Shown piece after piece: positions 16,250-33,098 of a stretch of DNA of 64,000 nucleotides. Both the position numbers and the translations under genes were made by a program. The stretch lies in the NCBI RefSeq assembly GCF_009914755.1, contig NC_060940.1. One strand, given 5' to 3'. The first letter of the stretch is position 1. Each line of letters starts with the position of its first letter. The DNA is from the human T2T-CHM13v2.0 reference genome, Homo sapiens. The notes beneath the pieces were generated by a model. The model was not told the origin of the DNA. It did no database searches and worked only from the letters and a program-made list of their open reading frames with translations.

Positions 16250-16705
16250 GTTAGTCTGAGCAACTCGAGAGCGGAGTCAGCTCCAGTTCCTCAGAAGTGG
16301 AGAGGCCGGGTTCAGAGGCATAGACCGCGCAGGCGTCATGTGAAGCAGCCAAGCCCGGCCTCGCGCGTGCGCCTTGGAAAACCCCGAGGGTGGCTCGAGT
16401 TGCCGCATGCGCTCTGAGAATGCAATTTAGCTCGTCGCCGGCCTGCCCTGCGGGAGGATAAAGGGAAAGGTTCCGCGCGTGCGTATGCTCGTCTCTTGGC
16501 AGTGGTTTTGCGCATGCGTGAGGGCAGGCCCTTACGGCGGGCTGCTGTGCGCTTTAGCAGTTCTTGGCGTCGCGTTGGTGTAGGCCTAGTGCGCCTGCGC
16601 GGGTTTTATACTCTGCTATATGTGTGTCCGCTGCTTTTAGGCAACCAGCCGCTGCCCCTGGGCCGCAAGGCCGGCTGGAAACGATTCCGCCGTCAGGTCC
16701 CAAAT

Positions 16706-16788
16706 ATGAGCCGCGAGAAATGCAGCCCCGGGGAAGGCGCTGAGGAGGGAAGGGGGTCTGAGGCCTCGGGGCTCAAGGCCAGTGCGGG
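16706..16788 (+). CDS. KDM8: KDM8 alternative coding first exon 1b (N-terminal extension MSREKCSPGEGAEEGRGSEASGLKASAG)
   Basis: ATG at 16706 and donor GG|gtacgg at 16788/16789. Splicing to 22706 (G CAC...) keeps the frame and adds 38 aa before the ATG at 22737, giving 454 aa. Confidence 0.75.
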
Positions 16789-17355
16789 GTACGGGGGACC
16801 CTCTGGGGCCTGGGTGTGTGACTGCCCTAAGGAAAGGTGCTTGTAGCTCGGTAGGACTTAACGATGGGCATCGGTGCGTTTCCCGGCAACGGTAGGAATC
16901 GCCGTGCTCAGGAGGACTCGGGAGCAAGCCCGGGGACAGGAGGTGCGCAGGCGTTGGGGCCACACGGACGACCCAAACACAAGACTGTGTGCCCCTTAGA
17001 GAGCCAAAGGGATCCCTGTGCCATGAATTAAAGCTTTCTGGAAAATGTTCCAAACTTCCCTGGGAAGTTTTACGAAGCTCTTGTTTTTGCACAATTTTTG
17101 TGGAATACTGCCATAATAACATTGAGGAGATTAGAGAACTGGACCGCCTGTTCCCAGAAAGCTAGGTGTAGGCTGATCTGTCCTGGAAGCCCCTTTTGGG
17201 AGGCTTTCTCATGACCAGCATGGTGCTTGCAGAGTGCCCACCCTGAGACCCTCTGCAAATCACAGTGAGGCTCTCGGAGAGGCCATTCCACCCAGCCACC
17301 TTAAAGAATACTCAGGGAGGTGCTTTAGAGGAGTTGATGTTTAAAAATAATTTAA

Positions 17356-17670
<315 letters not shown>

Positions 17671-18171
17671 CTAGGATGACAGGGCAGTGGCTTCCAAGAG
17701 GGATATATCCCATAACCTACCAGGGACCTACTTTGCCAGTTTGCATAGTGAATTCTGCCTGGATGGTGAATTTATAAAGTCCAGGCCTGAGTCTATTCCG
17801 GCTGTTTTATACAGGTTATACTTGGCTCCTTTTTGTTTAGTACGACCAACAAGAAGGCTTTTATAAGATTCATTTTAGTCTTATTTATAAATCCAGGAGA
17901 AAAACCACTCAGAGGTTAGCACATAACAGCCTATATTCTGACCTTCTTTGCAAGATCATTTCATACACCAGCAGACAAGACTTTATGTAAGGAGCATTTA
18001 GGGGCTGAATCAAGTCCACTCAAAAGCTGTTTTATGCAACCCACACTTGATCTCCCCCTGAAAGCTGTTCCAGGTTATGAGGCCAGTTCACAAAGCCAGG
18101 ACATAAGCCCACTCAAGCTGTTTCTATACCTGACCGCCCCCCTCCCCACAAAAATAAATAAAGCCTTCTCT

Positions 18172-18480
<309 letters not shown>

Positions 18481-18861
18481 TCAACAAGAGGTCTTTGAAG
18501 GCCAATACCTGTTGAGCTCTGGGAGACTGACTTGTAAAGTGAAGATACGAGGCCACTCAGGCTTTTTGATATGGCCCACATTTGGGTTACGGTAGGTGTC
18601 AGTTTGCCTAGAATAACACCAGTTTTTTACTGATGCAGACATAAATATTAATAGCATCTTGGTTTGGATGACCCACCTATACCTGGCCACTAGAAGGCTA
18701 TCTGTACAACTCCCAATAAACCCTTTTATGTAGAGCTCTCGAAGGCCAGTCTGTGGCACCACTCTCAAAGACTGCTTCACACATCTTTTTTCTTCTTGCA
18801 GGGAACTGGCAAGTCACACATCTTATTCTTGACTCCCTCCTTTGGAAGCCTGTTTGTTTAA

Positions 18862-19239
<378 letters not shown>

Positions 19240-19738
19240 TAAAGCCAGGCCATAAGGCTACTCTGGCTAGTCCTTTCCTCTAGAAAACCTCTTGATACAA
19301 CAAGAAGCCTTTTTATCAGACCAGTATATGGGAAATGCCAGAAGGCTGATGAGCCTGGACCTGAGGCCATTCAGAAAGGCAGTGACCTGTGGCTCGCACC
19401 TGACCTTCCCAGGAGGGCCATCTCAAGTGGTTGGTGGTGTGAAGGCTGCTTCTCATAGCCCATGAGGCCAGTGACCCTGGAAGATTGTTTCATACAGCCA
19501 GCAAGAGAGTGTTTCCCCAGCCAGACCAAGACTCCTTCTGTAAGGCCATTTTGCATGGCTAACAGGAGCCAATGTGAGGCTGCTCCCAGCGGGGTAGATG
19601 GACACAACAAACAATTCTTTCCTGGCACAATGAAGAAACCACAGATCGATTTGTAAAACTAAGACAAAATCTGACTTCACCTGGTCCTCAGACAAGCCCC
19701 CATCTATAGGAAGGCCAGTTTTTAAAACAAGTTACAAG

Positions 19739-20047
<309 letters not shown>

Positions 20048-20199
20048 CTATACCAGGATGTGGCTGTTTGATATGGTAACTACATAAAAGGCCAAATCAT
20101 GAGAGGTTTGGGGAAGCCTATGCAACAAGGCAGAAGACTGATGCGGCCAGAATGCCACTTCACCATGCTGCCAACATAAGGCCTTGTAGGAGGCTATAG

Positions 20200-20480
20200 T
20201 TTTATTTTTTGAAACAGGGTCTCACTCTGTCACCCAGATGGGAGTGCAGAGGCACAAACACAGTTCACTTGCAGCCTTAAACTCCTGAGCTCAAGCAATC
20301 TTCCTGCTTCAGCTCCCGGAGTAGCTGGGGCTACAGGTGTGTGCCACCATGACCAGCTAACTAATTTTTTAATTGTTTTTAGAGACAGGGTCTTTACATG
20401 TTGCCCAGGCTGGTCTCGAATTCTTGGGCTCAAGCAGTCCTCCTGTTTCAGACTCCCGAGTAGCTGGGATTATAGGTGCC
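20200..20480 (-). mobile_element. Alu (AluJ-like)
   Basis: Diverged antisense Alu. Confidence 0.88.
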
Positions 20481-21841
20481 CTGCTGGGGGATAGTGTATA
20501 ATAATCTTGAGGCCTTTGGGGAGGCCATTTCAAGTGGCTTATACAGAGGCAATCTGAAAAGCCATTTTGAAAACAAACTTATACAGCCATCCTGAAGCCT
20601 CTGTCTCTGGAAAACCATCATATATTGTCAACGTAAGTATCTCTGAAGGCCTTTTGATAAGGCCGTTCATTGAAGAACTCTGCATTAAAGAATAATCATA
20701 AGGCTATTTCATGTGGCCAAGAGCAGATAGTTTTGTACAGCCAACTCACAGTATTAGGAGGCCATCTTTCCCAGAAGGCTGTGTCCATTGGCCTTCAACA
20801 TGAGGTCTCCAAGGCCGATTTGCAAAGTAGCAGATAGGCCGCCTATGAAGACCAAACATGAGGCCACCCTGGGAGGCCAGGTGACAAAGCAGACACGGGG
20901 CCACTGGGGGAACCTGGCTACAAAGCCGCACACGTGAGGCCACCTTGAGAAGCTGGCTTGGTAAGGCTGATAGGCGCCCTGTGAGGGGCCGTTTTATAAG
21001 GTCACCCTGAAACACCAATTTACAAAGCCCGTAATCTGCATTGCAGAGAACAGGTTTATAGCCCATTTGAAACCCTCTGGGAGGCTGTTTTCTAAGGCCA
21101 TCAAGAGACAGGTTTACAAAGCTGGTACATAGAGCCCCAGTGGAAGCCAGTTTTATAGTAGGGCAATAAATGGTCTCCTGGGAGGCCTTTCCACTGGCCT
21201 TTATGAGAAGCCAGGATATGAGGCCCCTGAGGTCTTTTGGATGCTCAAGATGAGACTTCTCCATGTTGCTCTATAAGATTCATGTAAGCCACACACGGGA
21301 TGAGCCAGGAGGCCACCCAGGGAGGCCAGGGATGGGCCCATGTGGTGTCTTGTGCTGGCCTAGTGGATAAGTCCATGCTGGAAATTGGACTGTGAAACGC
21401 TCCAAGAAGGCTGTGAATGAGGCCAACACAAGCCTTCTAGGAGGCTAGAGATAGAACCCACCCTGGCAGGCTGGGGCTCTCTGAGCCCTACCATACCCTG
21501 AGCTTGCTAGAAAGAAAGTTCATTGTGAACCAAGAATGGAAATGAACTCATTATAAGCTCAGCCCTGTGGATACAAAGTCCAAAGAGCTCACCCTTGAAG
21601 GCAATGAGTGTTCTGGGCAGACACTGCCACTTACTGTGTAGTTTGGCACAAATTGCTTAACCTCGAAATCTCAGTTTATTCATCTGTAAAACTCCCATCA
21701 TAGGATTGCAAGGGACGTGTTAATCTATGTCAAGCATGCAGCATTGACATGGCGCACAGGAGAGGGTGCTGAGATCAGCCAGAATTTAAGCCCTGCTTCT
21801 GCACAAATGATTGACCGTAGGCCTTGGGGCAAGTCACTTCA

Positions 21842-22138
21842 TTTTTGTTTTTTTGTTTTAATTTGAGTCAGGATCTTGCTCTGTCACCCAGGCTGGTGGC
21901 ATGATCTCGGCTTACTGCAACCTTTGCCCCCAGGCTTAAGTGATCCCACCACCTTTAATCTCCTGAGTAGCTGGGACCACAGGCATGTACCGCCGTGCCC
22001 AACTAATTTTTGTATTTTTTGTAGAGACGGCGTCTTGCCATGTTGGCCAGGCTGGTCTTGAATTCCTGAGCTCAAGTGATCCAATTGCCTCGGCCTCCCA
22101 AAGTGCTGGGATTACAGGCGTGAGCCACCATGCCGGCC
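21842..22138 (-). mobile_element. Alu
   Basis: Antisense Alu inserted in MIR-like sequence. Confidence 0.9.
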
Positions 22139-22736
22139 TTCTCGAATACTTTTCAAAGCCTGGCACTCCTGAGTGACTGCCATGAGGCAGACTCTGCTTT
22201 TAGGCTCTGGGAAACGTAGGGGAATGAGCTACGTTCTTGCCCTGGTGGAGCTGGCAGTGCAGTGTTGGATAGACACACGTGTAAGCAGGTGTTTTCATAC
22301 ATCCTGACGAGTACTGTAAGAGAAGCTCAAGGGCTGCAGGAACACAGAACACTGTTGGAGAGTCTTGGCAGGCCTCACATAGGGATATTTAAGATGGGCT
22401 TTAAAGGTTGGGTAGGAGTTTGCCAGGCAGCGGAGGGGTATGGGAGGCACTGCAGATGAGGACAATACACGTTCCTTTCTGAACAGACGTTTATCCAGTG
22501 CTTGCTGAGTACCAGGTGTTGCGCCAGGCCCTGAAGATACAGTGGTGACCCCAGACAGATGAGGGCCCTCCCCTCCAGAGCTTCTGCCCAACAGAGAAGA
22601 CTGCTGTTGAAAAATCCTCGCAGATGAGATGCAGGAAGCTGCGGGAATGCACAGGGGATCAGGTCTGTCCTGGTGTCTAACTCTTGTTTCTCTCCACCTC
22701 CCCAGGCACGGGACTGAACCAGCTGGTGGTGGCCCG

Positions 22737-23234
22737 ATGGCTGGAGACACCCACTGCCCCGCAGAGCCCCTGGCCAGAGAAGGCACTTTATGGGAGGCCC
22801 TCAGGGCGCTCCTGCCGCACAGTAAAGAAGACCTGAAGTTGGACCTCGGGGAGAAAGTGGAGAGGAGCGTGGTGACATTGTTGCAGCGAGCCACTGAGCT
22901 CTTCTACGAGGGCAGGAGGGACGAGTGTCTGCAGAGCAGCGAGGTGATCCTGGACTACTCCTGGGAGAAGCTCAACACGGGCACATGGCAGGACGTAGAC
23001 AAAGACTGGCGCCGGGTCTACGCCATCGGCTGCCTCCTGAAAGCCCTGTGTCTGTGCCAGGCACCTGAGGATGCCAACACTGTGGCCGCAGCCCTGCGGG
23101 TCTGTGACATGGGCCTGCTGATGGGGGCAGCCATCCTGGGGGACATCCTTCTTAAAGTCGCTGCCATCCTCCAGACACACCTCCCTGGAAAGAGGCCTGC
23201 CCGTGGCTCCCTCCCAGAGCAACCCTGCACAAAG
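22737..23234 (+). CDS. KDM8: KDM8/JMJD5 exon 2 coding part (aa 1-166; exon starts at 22706)
   Basis: Acceptor ccccag|G at 22705/22706. MAGDTHCPAEPLAREGTLWEAL...PEQPCTK matches the JMJD5 N-terminus. Donor AAG|gtatgt; 498 nt. Confidence 0.97.
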
Positions 23235-23377
23235 GTATGTGGGGGAGATTCTCCCCAAGCACACTAGCCATCCAGCAACCCTGTTGTTCTAGAAATTCCG
23301 AGTCATCTCTCCCCTGGGGTGAGGCCTCGTGGCCTGCAACCCCTCTGGTGGAAAACAGCATTGCCATTGATTTTGGA

Positions 23378-23691
23378 TTTCTGTTTGTTTTTGGAAGCAG
23401 GGTCCCGTTCTGTCGCCCAGGCTGGAGTGCAGTAGTGTGATCTCGGCTCCTTGCAGCCTCCACTTCCTGGACTCAAGCAATCCTTCTGCCTCAGCCTCCT
23501 TAGTAGCTGGAACTATGGGTGCATGGCACCACACCCAGCTAATTTTTTTAGTTTCTTATTTATTTTTTATTTTTTGTAGAGATAGGGTCTCATGTTTCTC
23601 AGGCTAATCTGGAACTCCTGGCCTAAAGCAGTCCTCCTGTCGTGGCCTCCCGAAGCACTGAGATTACAGGTGTGAGCCACCGTGCTCAGCC
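23378..23691 (-). mobile_element. Alu (AluJ-like)
   Basis: Antisense Alu; flanks ccattga(t/c)tttgga resemble a TSD. Confidence 0.9.
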
Positions 23692-24196
23692 CCCATTGAC
23701 TTTGGAAATGGAACAGCTCCATTCATTTTCTCTCTTTTTTTTTTTTTTTTTTGCAAAGGCAGCGCCCTTTCAGCAGAGAGGCAGCAGAGAAACTTCGTGG
23801 TTCCTGAGGGAAACAGCTTAAAGCGATTGTGTGGGTGAGAGCTGCAGCCAGCGGCAGCCCGTTTCTTTCAGCTTCTTGGTGGGCTTGCTGAAGTCTCACC
23901 CAGGCGAGGCGATACCTCCAGCTGCTCCTGTCTCTCTGCTCCTGGGTTTGGATGAGATACTACAACTAGCTGATGTCTGTTTTGGGGTCAATCTCTCCCA
24001 CCCCTTGGGTCTATGTGCCTGTTCCAAAGAGCACCCCCAGGAACAGAGCATGGTTTACTCTGAAGGCTTCAGGTCCTGGTGCCAACACACAGGCCTCACT
24101 TGCAACACACCCAAGCAAGTCACTTAACCTCCTTTGAGCCTCGGTTTCCTTGTCTGTAGAGTGGCAGAGTACTGACCCACAGAAAGAAATGACTAA

Positions 24197-24570
<374 letters not shown>

Positions 24571-24989
24571 AAATTATTTTTATATAAGAAAAATGCAAGT
24601 GGTTGACACTAAACACACAGGCATGTAACCAAAATAAAAGAAAATCAAATAAAGGGAGAAGAAAATTTTTCCACAAATATGTCAGACAATGAATATCTCT
24701 ATTACGTAAGGAATGGTACAAATCAATAGGGAAAAAATCTTGAGCCCCAGGAGGTAGAAATCCAGGAACCTGAACAGACTGTTCACAAGAAGGAAATAGA
24801 TCTGTTAAACAAATGTGCAGGAGAATGTTCAGCCTCACCTCTGGTTAAAAAAATAAAAGAGAGAGATGCAAATAGCAAAACAGCATTTCATCTTTGGCTG
24901 TTAAGTTAGCAAACAAGGCTTCATATGATACCCGGTGTTGCCAAGGGCACCATGTGGCCAAGGGCATGGGGTGTGGGTTGCTCTTTTGT

Positions 24990-25602
<613 letters not shown>

Positions 25603-25828
25603 ATTTCCCAGCAGGTTCACACCTGTGGACACTGAGGTTCTCAAGCAGCAAGTAACTTACTCAGGTCACCCAGCTGGGAGATGGTTAAGGAAATGATGGT
25701 GCAGCCACTCCTAAGAAACTGTAAGGACCGGGTGGCCATGTGGAAACTGCTTTTGATAAATGATTGGAGGGGAGAGGCAGGGCTGCTGCTTCATCATTGC
25801 TGTTACTCCCAGTGGGTCAGAGATATTT

Positions 25829-25831
<3 letters not shown>

Positions 25832-25875
<44 letters not shown>
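25832..25875. repeat. (GT)22 microsatellite in KDM8 intron 2
   Basis: Pure GT dinucleotide run. Confidence 0.97.
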
Positions 25876-25879
<4 letters not shown>

Positions 25880-26197
25880 TGGGAAAAGAATAGGAATGAG
25901 AAGACCTTAAGATGGTGAAGTTGGAGATAGTAAGTTTTCCTTTATTGCAGAATGTCTGTGAAAGCAGTTTATAATGAAACAAACATTTTTGATGAAATGG
26001 TTAAGAAAAAAACCACCTTGATCTCATGAGGAGCAAATAGTAATAGTAGCAGTAATAATAACAAACGTTGTCTATTGTTGTTACTGGTACTCTTGACAGC
26101 TAAGCTCTCCTACCCCTGACACAGGTTCCTGGTGGAATACCTCAAATGTCGACTTCCTGAGGTGGTTGCTATTTTGTTCTGTTTTGATTTTAAACAG

Positions 26198-26364
26198 AAA
26201 GCAAGGGCGGACCATGGTTTGATTCCAGATGTGAAGTTAGAAAAAACAGTCCCCCGGCTGCACCGTCCGTCCCTCCAGCATTTCAGGGAGCAGTTTTTGG
26301 TTCCAGGGAGGCCCGTGATCCTGAAAGGCGTGGCTGACCACTGGCCGTGCATGCAGAAGTGGAG
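26198..26364 (+). CDS. KDM8: KDM8 exon 3
   Basis: Acceptor taaacag|AAA; encodes KARADHGLIPDVKLEKTVPRLHRPSLQHFREQFLVPGRPVILKGVADHWPCMQKW; donor AG|gtgggt; 167 nt. Confidence 0.97.
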
Positions 26365-27488
26365 GTGGGTGGTCGCTGAGGGAGGTGAGGTCCCTTTTCC
26401 CATTTTAGCGTTCCCCAGGGCTCCCTGAATTCCTCCCGACCATCCCCAGGGAAATGCAACCTTGTAGATGCTTCACTAGCAGCCCTTGACTGATTGCCAA
26501 GGGGTTAAAAAAGAGTGAAAAGTAAGGTGCTCTGAATTTATGCCGCAGGTTATGGGATTCTTACCTTCTACCTTGCTCGCCTTAAGCGGTTTTTTAATGA
26601 GTCCCTAAGTGGCAGTCCTAGAATGTTTCTGTTATGCAATTTTACAGGATCCTAGCAATTTCAGACCATCTCAGGGCCCTGAAGCTAAGAGCAGAAATAA
26701 CCCAAGAGACAGCCCCTCTCTCTCTGAGGGATTCTGTGGTCTCTTGTGTTTGTTTCTAGTCCTTTCTCAGAATCATGATGGGGAGATCAGATCAGGCAGC
26801 TGGAGCGTGGCTGTCATGCCGCGGCTCTGCATGAGTTTGGAAATAAGGAGGCATCTCTCCAGGAAGGTAGATGGAGTCCGCCTGTTTTGTGGTTTCGCGG
26901 AGGGAATGGTACCCGCTGACACATGTGGAGGAATTCTCATTGCAGGAGCTCTCCTCACAGCAAGGCTTCATTAAGCATTTTACTACGTACCTGGCACTAG
27001 GACAGGTGTTGTCATCACCCCCATTCTGTAAATGGGGATCAAGGACTCGGGTTCAGTAACCTGCCTCAGATCCCCTGGCCTGTAACTGATGAGGCCTGGA
27101 ATCAGTCCCAGGCTAGAGGGCAGAGTCCAGGAGACTGCCACCTGCCACGCTGTCCGCTATTTGTTCAAAGGTTTCTCAGCTTAGTGACAAAATGAGCAAA
27201 GAAAGAAGTGAGGAGGCTGTTGGCAAGCAGGGAACTAGAGCAGCCCAGCCAACCAGACTTACCGGCCCTGTCTGCAAAGCTGCACAGCACTGTGTATGAG
27301 CCACACAGCCTTGAGCAGGGAGCCCCACCTCTCCATGCCGGTTCCTCATCAGTGAAGCTGGGGATGACAGTCCTTGTCTCTGCACGTGAGGTTTTCCGAG
27401 GATGAAAGGGGACCACATGCAAAGCACACTTAGTACTATGCCCAACAGATATTAGCAGTGACGATGCCAATGTGTGTCTTTCTGCTAG

Positions 27489-27621
27489 TTTGGAGTATAT
27501 CCAGGAGATCGCTGGCTGCCGAACTGTCCCAGTGGAAGTTGGTTCGAGGTACACAGATGAGGAATGGTCCCAGACCCTCATGACGGTCAACGAGTTCATC
27601 AGCAAATACATCGTGAATGAG
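27489..27621 (+). CDS. KDM8: KDM8 exon 4
   Basis: Acceptor tctgctag|T; encodes (S)[44 protein letters not shown]; donor GAG|gtacat; 133 nt, restores phase 0. Confidence 0.97.
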
Positions 27622-27897
27622 GTACATCATGGGGACTGCTTTCCCCTAGTACTTGCAAGGCAGAGAGCATAGTACATTTAGGCAAATAACCCCCCATGTG
27701 TTGTAATGGGAGGTTTTGGAGGAGCCAGGCTGTAAGTCTGTGGTCGGAGGGACGACCGCAGCGAGGAAGGCAGGCTGCTTAGCCAGCAGACATGAGGGAT
27801 TCATGTCAGGTCCTTTTTAATGGGCAGGGGAGTATAATTCAGTGGGTTTTAGCCTGTTCCAAAAGTTGGACAGCTAAGTCTAGAGTATGTGTATTTA

Positions 27898-28195
<298 letters not shown>

Positions 28196-28557
28196 TTACG
28201 ACAGGACAGGATAGGACAATTTATTTTTCCCAAAAGTTAGATCACTTATACTTTCACCAGCAATTAACACAAGTGTCCATTTTCTTACATCTTTGCCTGC
28301 ACTGTTTGTTGCCATTTTATGAAAATGTTTGCCAATCAGATGGATGAGATCAGTGCTTTACAAACTGGGTACCCCGGTGCTGGAGAGGTTCTTTGAAGCT
28401 GCCCCAGGGCCTCTAAGGGTTGGAGAGGACCACTCAGGATGGAGTGGAAGGGTGACGGGTGCTGCAGCTGGGGCCAGCTGGACAGCAGCAGCAGGAGGGC
28501 ATCTGTCATGACTAACTGGGCTTTCTGTGTTGCCTCTGGTTTTCCCCGGTGGATTAG

Positions 28558-28602
28558 CCAAGGGACGTCGGGTACCTTGCTCAGCACCAGCTCTTTGACC
28601 AG
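28558..28602 (+). CDS. KDM8: KDM8 exon 5 (45 nt; start of JmjC domain)
   Basis: Acceptor ggattag|CCA; encodes PRDVGYLAQHQLFDQ; donor CAG|gtaagt. Not represented in the ORF track. Confidence 0.95.
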
Positions 28603-30643
28603 GTAAGTCTGAGGCCACGCACCTCTGCCCCTCACCGTCTCACCTTCCCCTCTCCTCCCCTCCTGGGCTCAGTGCGGCTGGAGCAGTGAGCGTGAGTAGG
28701 AGGGAGGCAGCAGGTGAGGCTAGGAAGGTGACAGGACGTGGGTGATGAGGAGCCATTTTCCTAAAGTGACAGGAAACACTGGGGGGTCGCCAGTGCCCCG
28801 AGGATTGTAGGGGCTGCTATTCAGAGATGAAGGGAGCAGCTGTCGGAGCGGGTGGCTGGCTGGGCTATTGCTGTGGTGCAAGGAGAGGTGATGCTGGCAG
28901 GTGGAGCAGTTCAAGACCGGTGTGAACCACCGAGCCCTGGACGTGGGTGGATGTGTGGGGGAGGGAGGGAAGATCGGGGAAGATGCCCAGATTCAGGACC
29001 CCAAAACACTAAATAGATGGAGCTGGGGCGCCCAGGAGGGACCTGGCTGGTGTGGTGTCTGCCAGGAGTGCCCAGGAAGGCAGCCCTTGGCAGGATTCAA
29101 GGATAGGGCCAGGTGCGTGTCCCGAACGTGGAAGACTCGAGTCAGTCAGGGTCAGGGCTACAGCCAGGGGTGGGCTGGGGCCGCACCTCTGTAGCCTTTG
29201 CAGTGGGGCCCTGGGATGCTGATCAGCTGCTGTATCTACTGCTGAAGCCAGGACTGCTTCTCTGTCTCGATGGGGGACCCAGGGCCAGTAGGGGCTGTGC
29301 CAGGAGCCTTCATGCCGACATTAAAGGACGCTGGCGGTTTCTCTTCCCCAGGCCTCCCTATTAGGACCTGTGCATCCTGCGTCCTGTCCATGTCACTTGC
29401 TAAGTGAAGGAAAGGGGGATTCTAATTGATCAGGTCCCTACTGTGTGATCCCGAGACCCACCTTTCTCCTGACCCTGGTCATCCTGGGGGCATGGCCTCA
29501 GTGTGGGCTGGGGACCCTGGAAGCCATGGTTAACCTTGGCTCCCTGTCCTGGAGCAGCTGTTTCATACTTTGTAGGACAGGAGGAGTTATATTTAGGAGT
29601 AGAAGGCCAAGTTCACAGTGACTTTCAAGATGAGCCAGGACTTGAAAGATGTTTCGGGTAATGGAGGGCCGCCTGGGTGTTTACCTTGGGTCCCAGAGCT
29701 GAGTGTCTACCATGCTGTGGAGAGGACCCTGGAGAAGTCCCAGCAGCCCATGCCCAGGTGTTATCATGCCGTGTGGCAAGGACAGTGTTCTAGAACCTTC
29801 TCTACCTACAGGACGCTCAGGGACTCCTACCAAATTCTTGTCCCAGAACCTCTTATTGACTTTTCTCCCAGGGACCCCGTGTTCTAGAAGATTTTGGCCA
29901 TCAGTTTAAGCCTGCCTCAGTTATTAGTCACATCTCGGGAGCACTGATTCCCTTCGGGTCTCTGCATCCTCGGCCAGTGATTCTGATGACATGATCTGGT
30001 CAGCCAATCACCTTTCAGAAATCCTGATGATGTCATCAGGGACCAATCATAGTTTCTGCTCAGATTCCACAGGGCCAGTTCTGGTCAAAAGCAGCAGCGT
30101 CGGGTTACCTTTGGGAGGAACCCCTCACAGCCCTGGGAGGGACCTCAGCTTGCGAACTTGTACTTCAGTCCTAAGCAGCAGGCGCGGCTGCGTTTCTGCA
30201 CAGCTGATTTGAGACAGGTTCTTAAAGGTCTGAATAGCAGTGTCTGGGACCAAGCTCCCTGCAGGGAGAACATTCCAGCTTTTCCTGGTACACACTGGTT
30301 TCTGAGCCAGCAGCCTGAAGTTACCGTCACTGCTCCCGAAGGAATGGTAGTGTCCACCTGCAGGTGCCTTCAGGCTGCGGAGCAGTGACTCTTAAAAAGC
30401 CCTGTGTCCCTCTGGCAACCCTGTTTTCATGCCTCTCAAGCTTGAAAAATGCCGCCAGGTCCATCCAGGGTCCCGTGAAGAACCCTGGGGTTCTCGGTGG
30501 CCTGGGGGGTGTGGGCTGGTGGCCTGCTCTGGTGGGTTCAACCCCGGAGGTAACTGAGGTGCCTGCTAAGGGTCTGGACAGGAAGTGGACTTAGAGTGAG
30601 TGTGTTTTCACTCTGAGACCCTGGCTTTGTGTAAAGGAGGCCA

Positions 30644-31022
<379 letters not shown>

Positions 31023-31172
31023 TTACTGCATCATATAAAGCTCAGAGCACAGACCCAGGCCCACACCTGCCTTTCTCGTCAGGCAGTTTCTCTTCTCTGC
31101 CCAGCCTGTTTCTGCCAGGTATGGCAACAAATCCTCTGTGCCTACCCTGGCTTTTAAAACTAGGACGGCAAG

Positions 31173-31723
<551 letters not shown>

Positions 31724-32481
31724 GTTGGAGCTGCAGCTGGAATAGTGGCCTTCTAACTCCTCCTGGCCCAGACACCTGGCCGGCCACATTCTCTGCCTTT
31801 AAACACCGGGCTCTTAAAAAGAAACAAGAAGCACTGAAGGGGATGAGGACAAAAATATAAAGCAAACCCACAAACGGCCCCAGGCCCAGGAAGGCCTCTG
31901 CAGTCGGTGCTTCCAGAAGCGGCTCCTCCTGCATGTGCTCCTCCCAAGATCCCTCACAGGGGAGCCCTCGGGAGAGGGAGCGAGTGCTGGTGTGGGTGCC
32001 CGGTGCCTCTGCCCCTCCCCGCCTGCTACCCATGCGATCCAGACCAGCTTCCAAATAGGAGGTGGCAGGTTGGGGGAGGAGTTTTCTCAGTCACTGGGAG
32101 GTTTTTTTCCTGAGGCCCAGTCAGAGGAGCAGATGGATTTGCTGCAAGGGGAGGCACCTCTGTCTACTGCTGTAAGACCACCCTGGTTTTCGCAGGCAAA
32201 GAGAGGTTTAGTAAAGGAGAACGTTCTCCTACCCCAGCAGACCAGTCCAGAGAGGCAGCCCAGGAGTGGGCTAAGAGCTGGGCTTCGGGAGCCAGCGTGC
32301 CTGGCGCAGACAGCAGCCCTGCCACACCTCAGCTGTGTGAGCTTGGGCAGCTCATTTAATCTCTCTGTGCTTCAGTTTCCTCACCTGCAAAATGAGAGTG
32401 AAGATAAACCACCTCAGAGAGGATTAAACCAGTTAACACACATAAAGCACTTAAGCAGTGCCTGGCACAGACAAGCGCCTA

Positions 32482-32986
<505 letters not shown>

Positions 32987-33005
32987 TCAGGGTCTCTCTC
33001 CCCAG

Positions 33006-33098
33006 GTGATGGGGAGGAAGTACATCCGGCTGTATTCCCCGCAGGAGTCAGGGGCTCTGTACCCTCATGACACGCACCTTCTCCATAACACGAGCCAG
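33006..33098 (+). CDS. KDM8: KDM8 exon 7
   Basis: Acceptor ccccag|GTG; encodes [31 protein letters not shown], including K336 (2-oxoglutarate binding); donor CAG|gtgggc; 93 nt. Confidence 0.97.

Larger units (their letters stand above)
16040..16990. promoter_or_regulatory. KDM8: CpG-island promoter of KDM8
   Basis: Sharp rise in CpG density relative to the flanks. GC box GGGGCGGGGC at 16061-16070, six NRF1-like GCGC(A/C/G)TGCG motifs, and an RFX X-box-like GTTTCCCGGCAAC at 16878-16890. Contains both candidate first exons. Confidence 0.9.

Noticed and set aside
20746-21264. 172-aa minus-strand ORF with recurring GL/IK motifs in KDM8 intron 1
   Set aside because: It reflects the ~13-bp degenerate repeat. 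The period is not a codon multiple and I recognise no homology or splice structure.
22295-23264. Antisense ORFs (199 and 158 aa) overlapping KDM8 exon 2
   Set aside because: Shadow ORFs of GC-rich coding sequence with no independent support.
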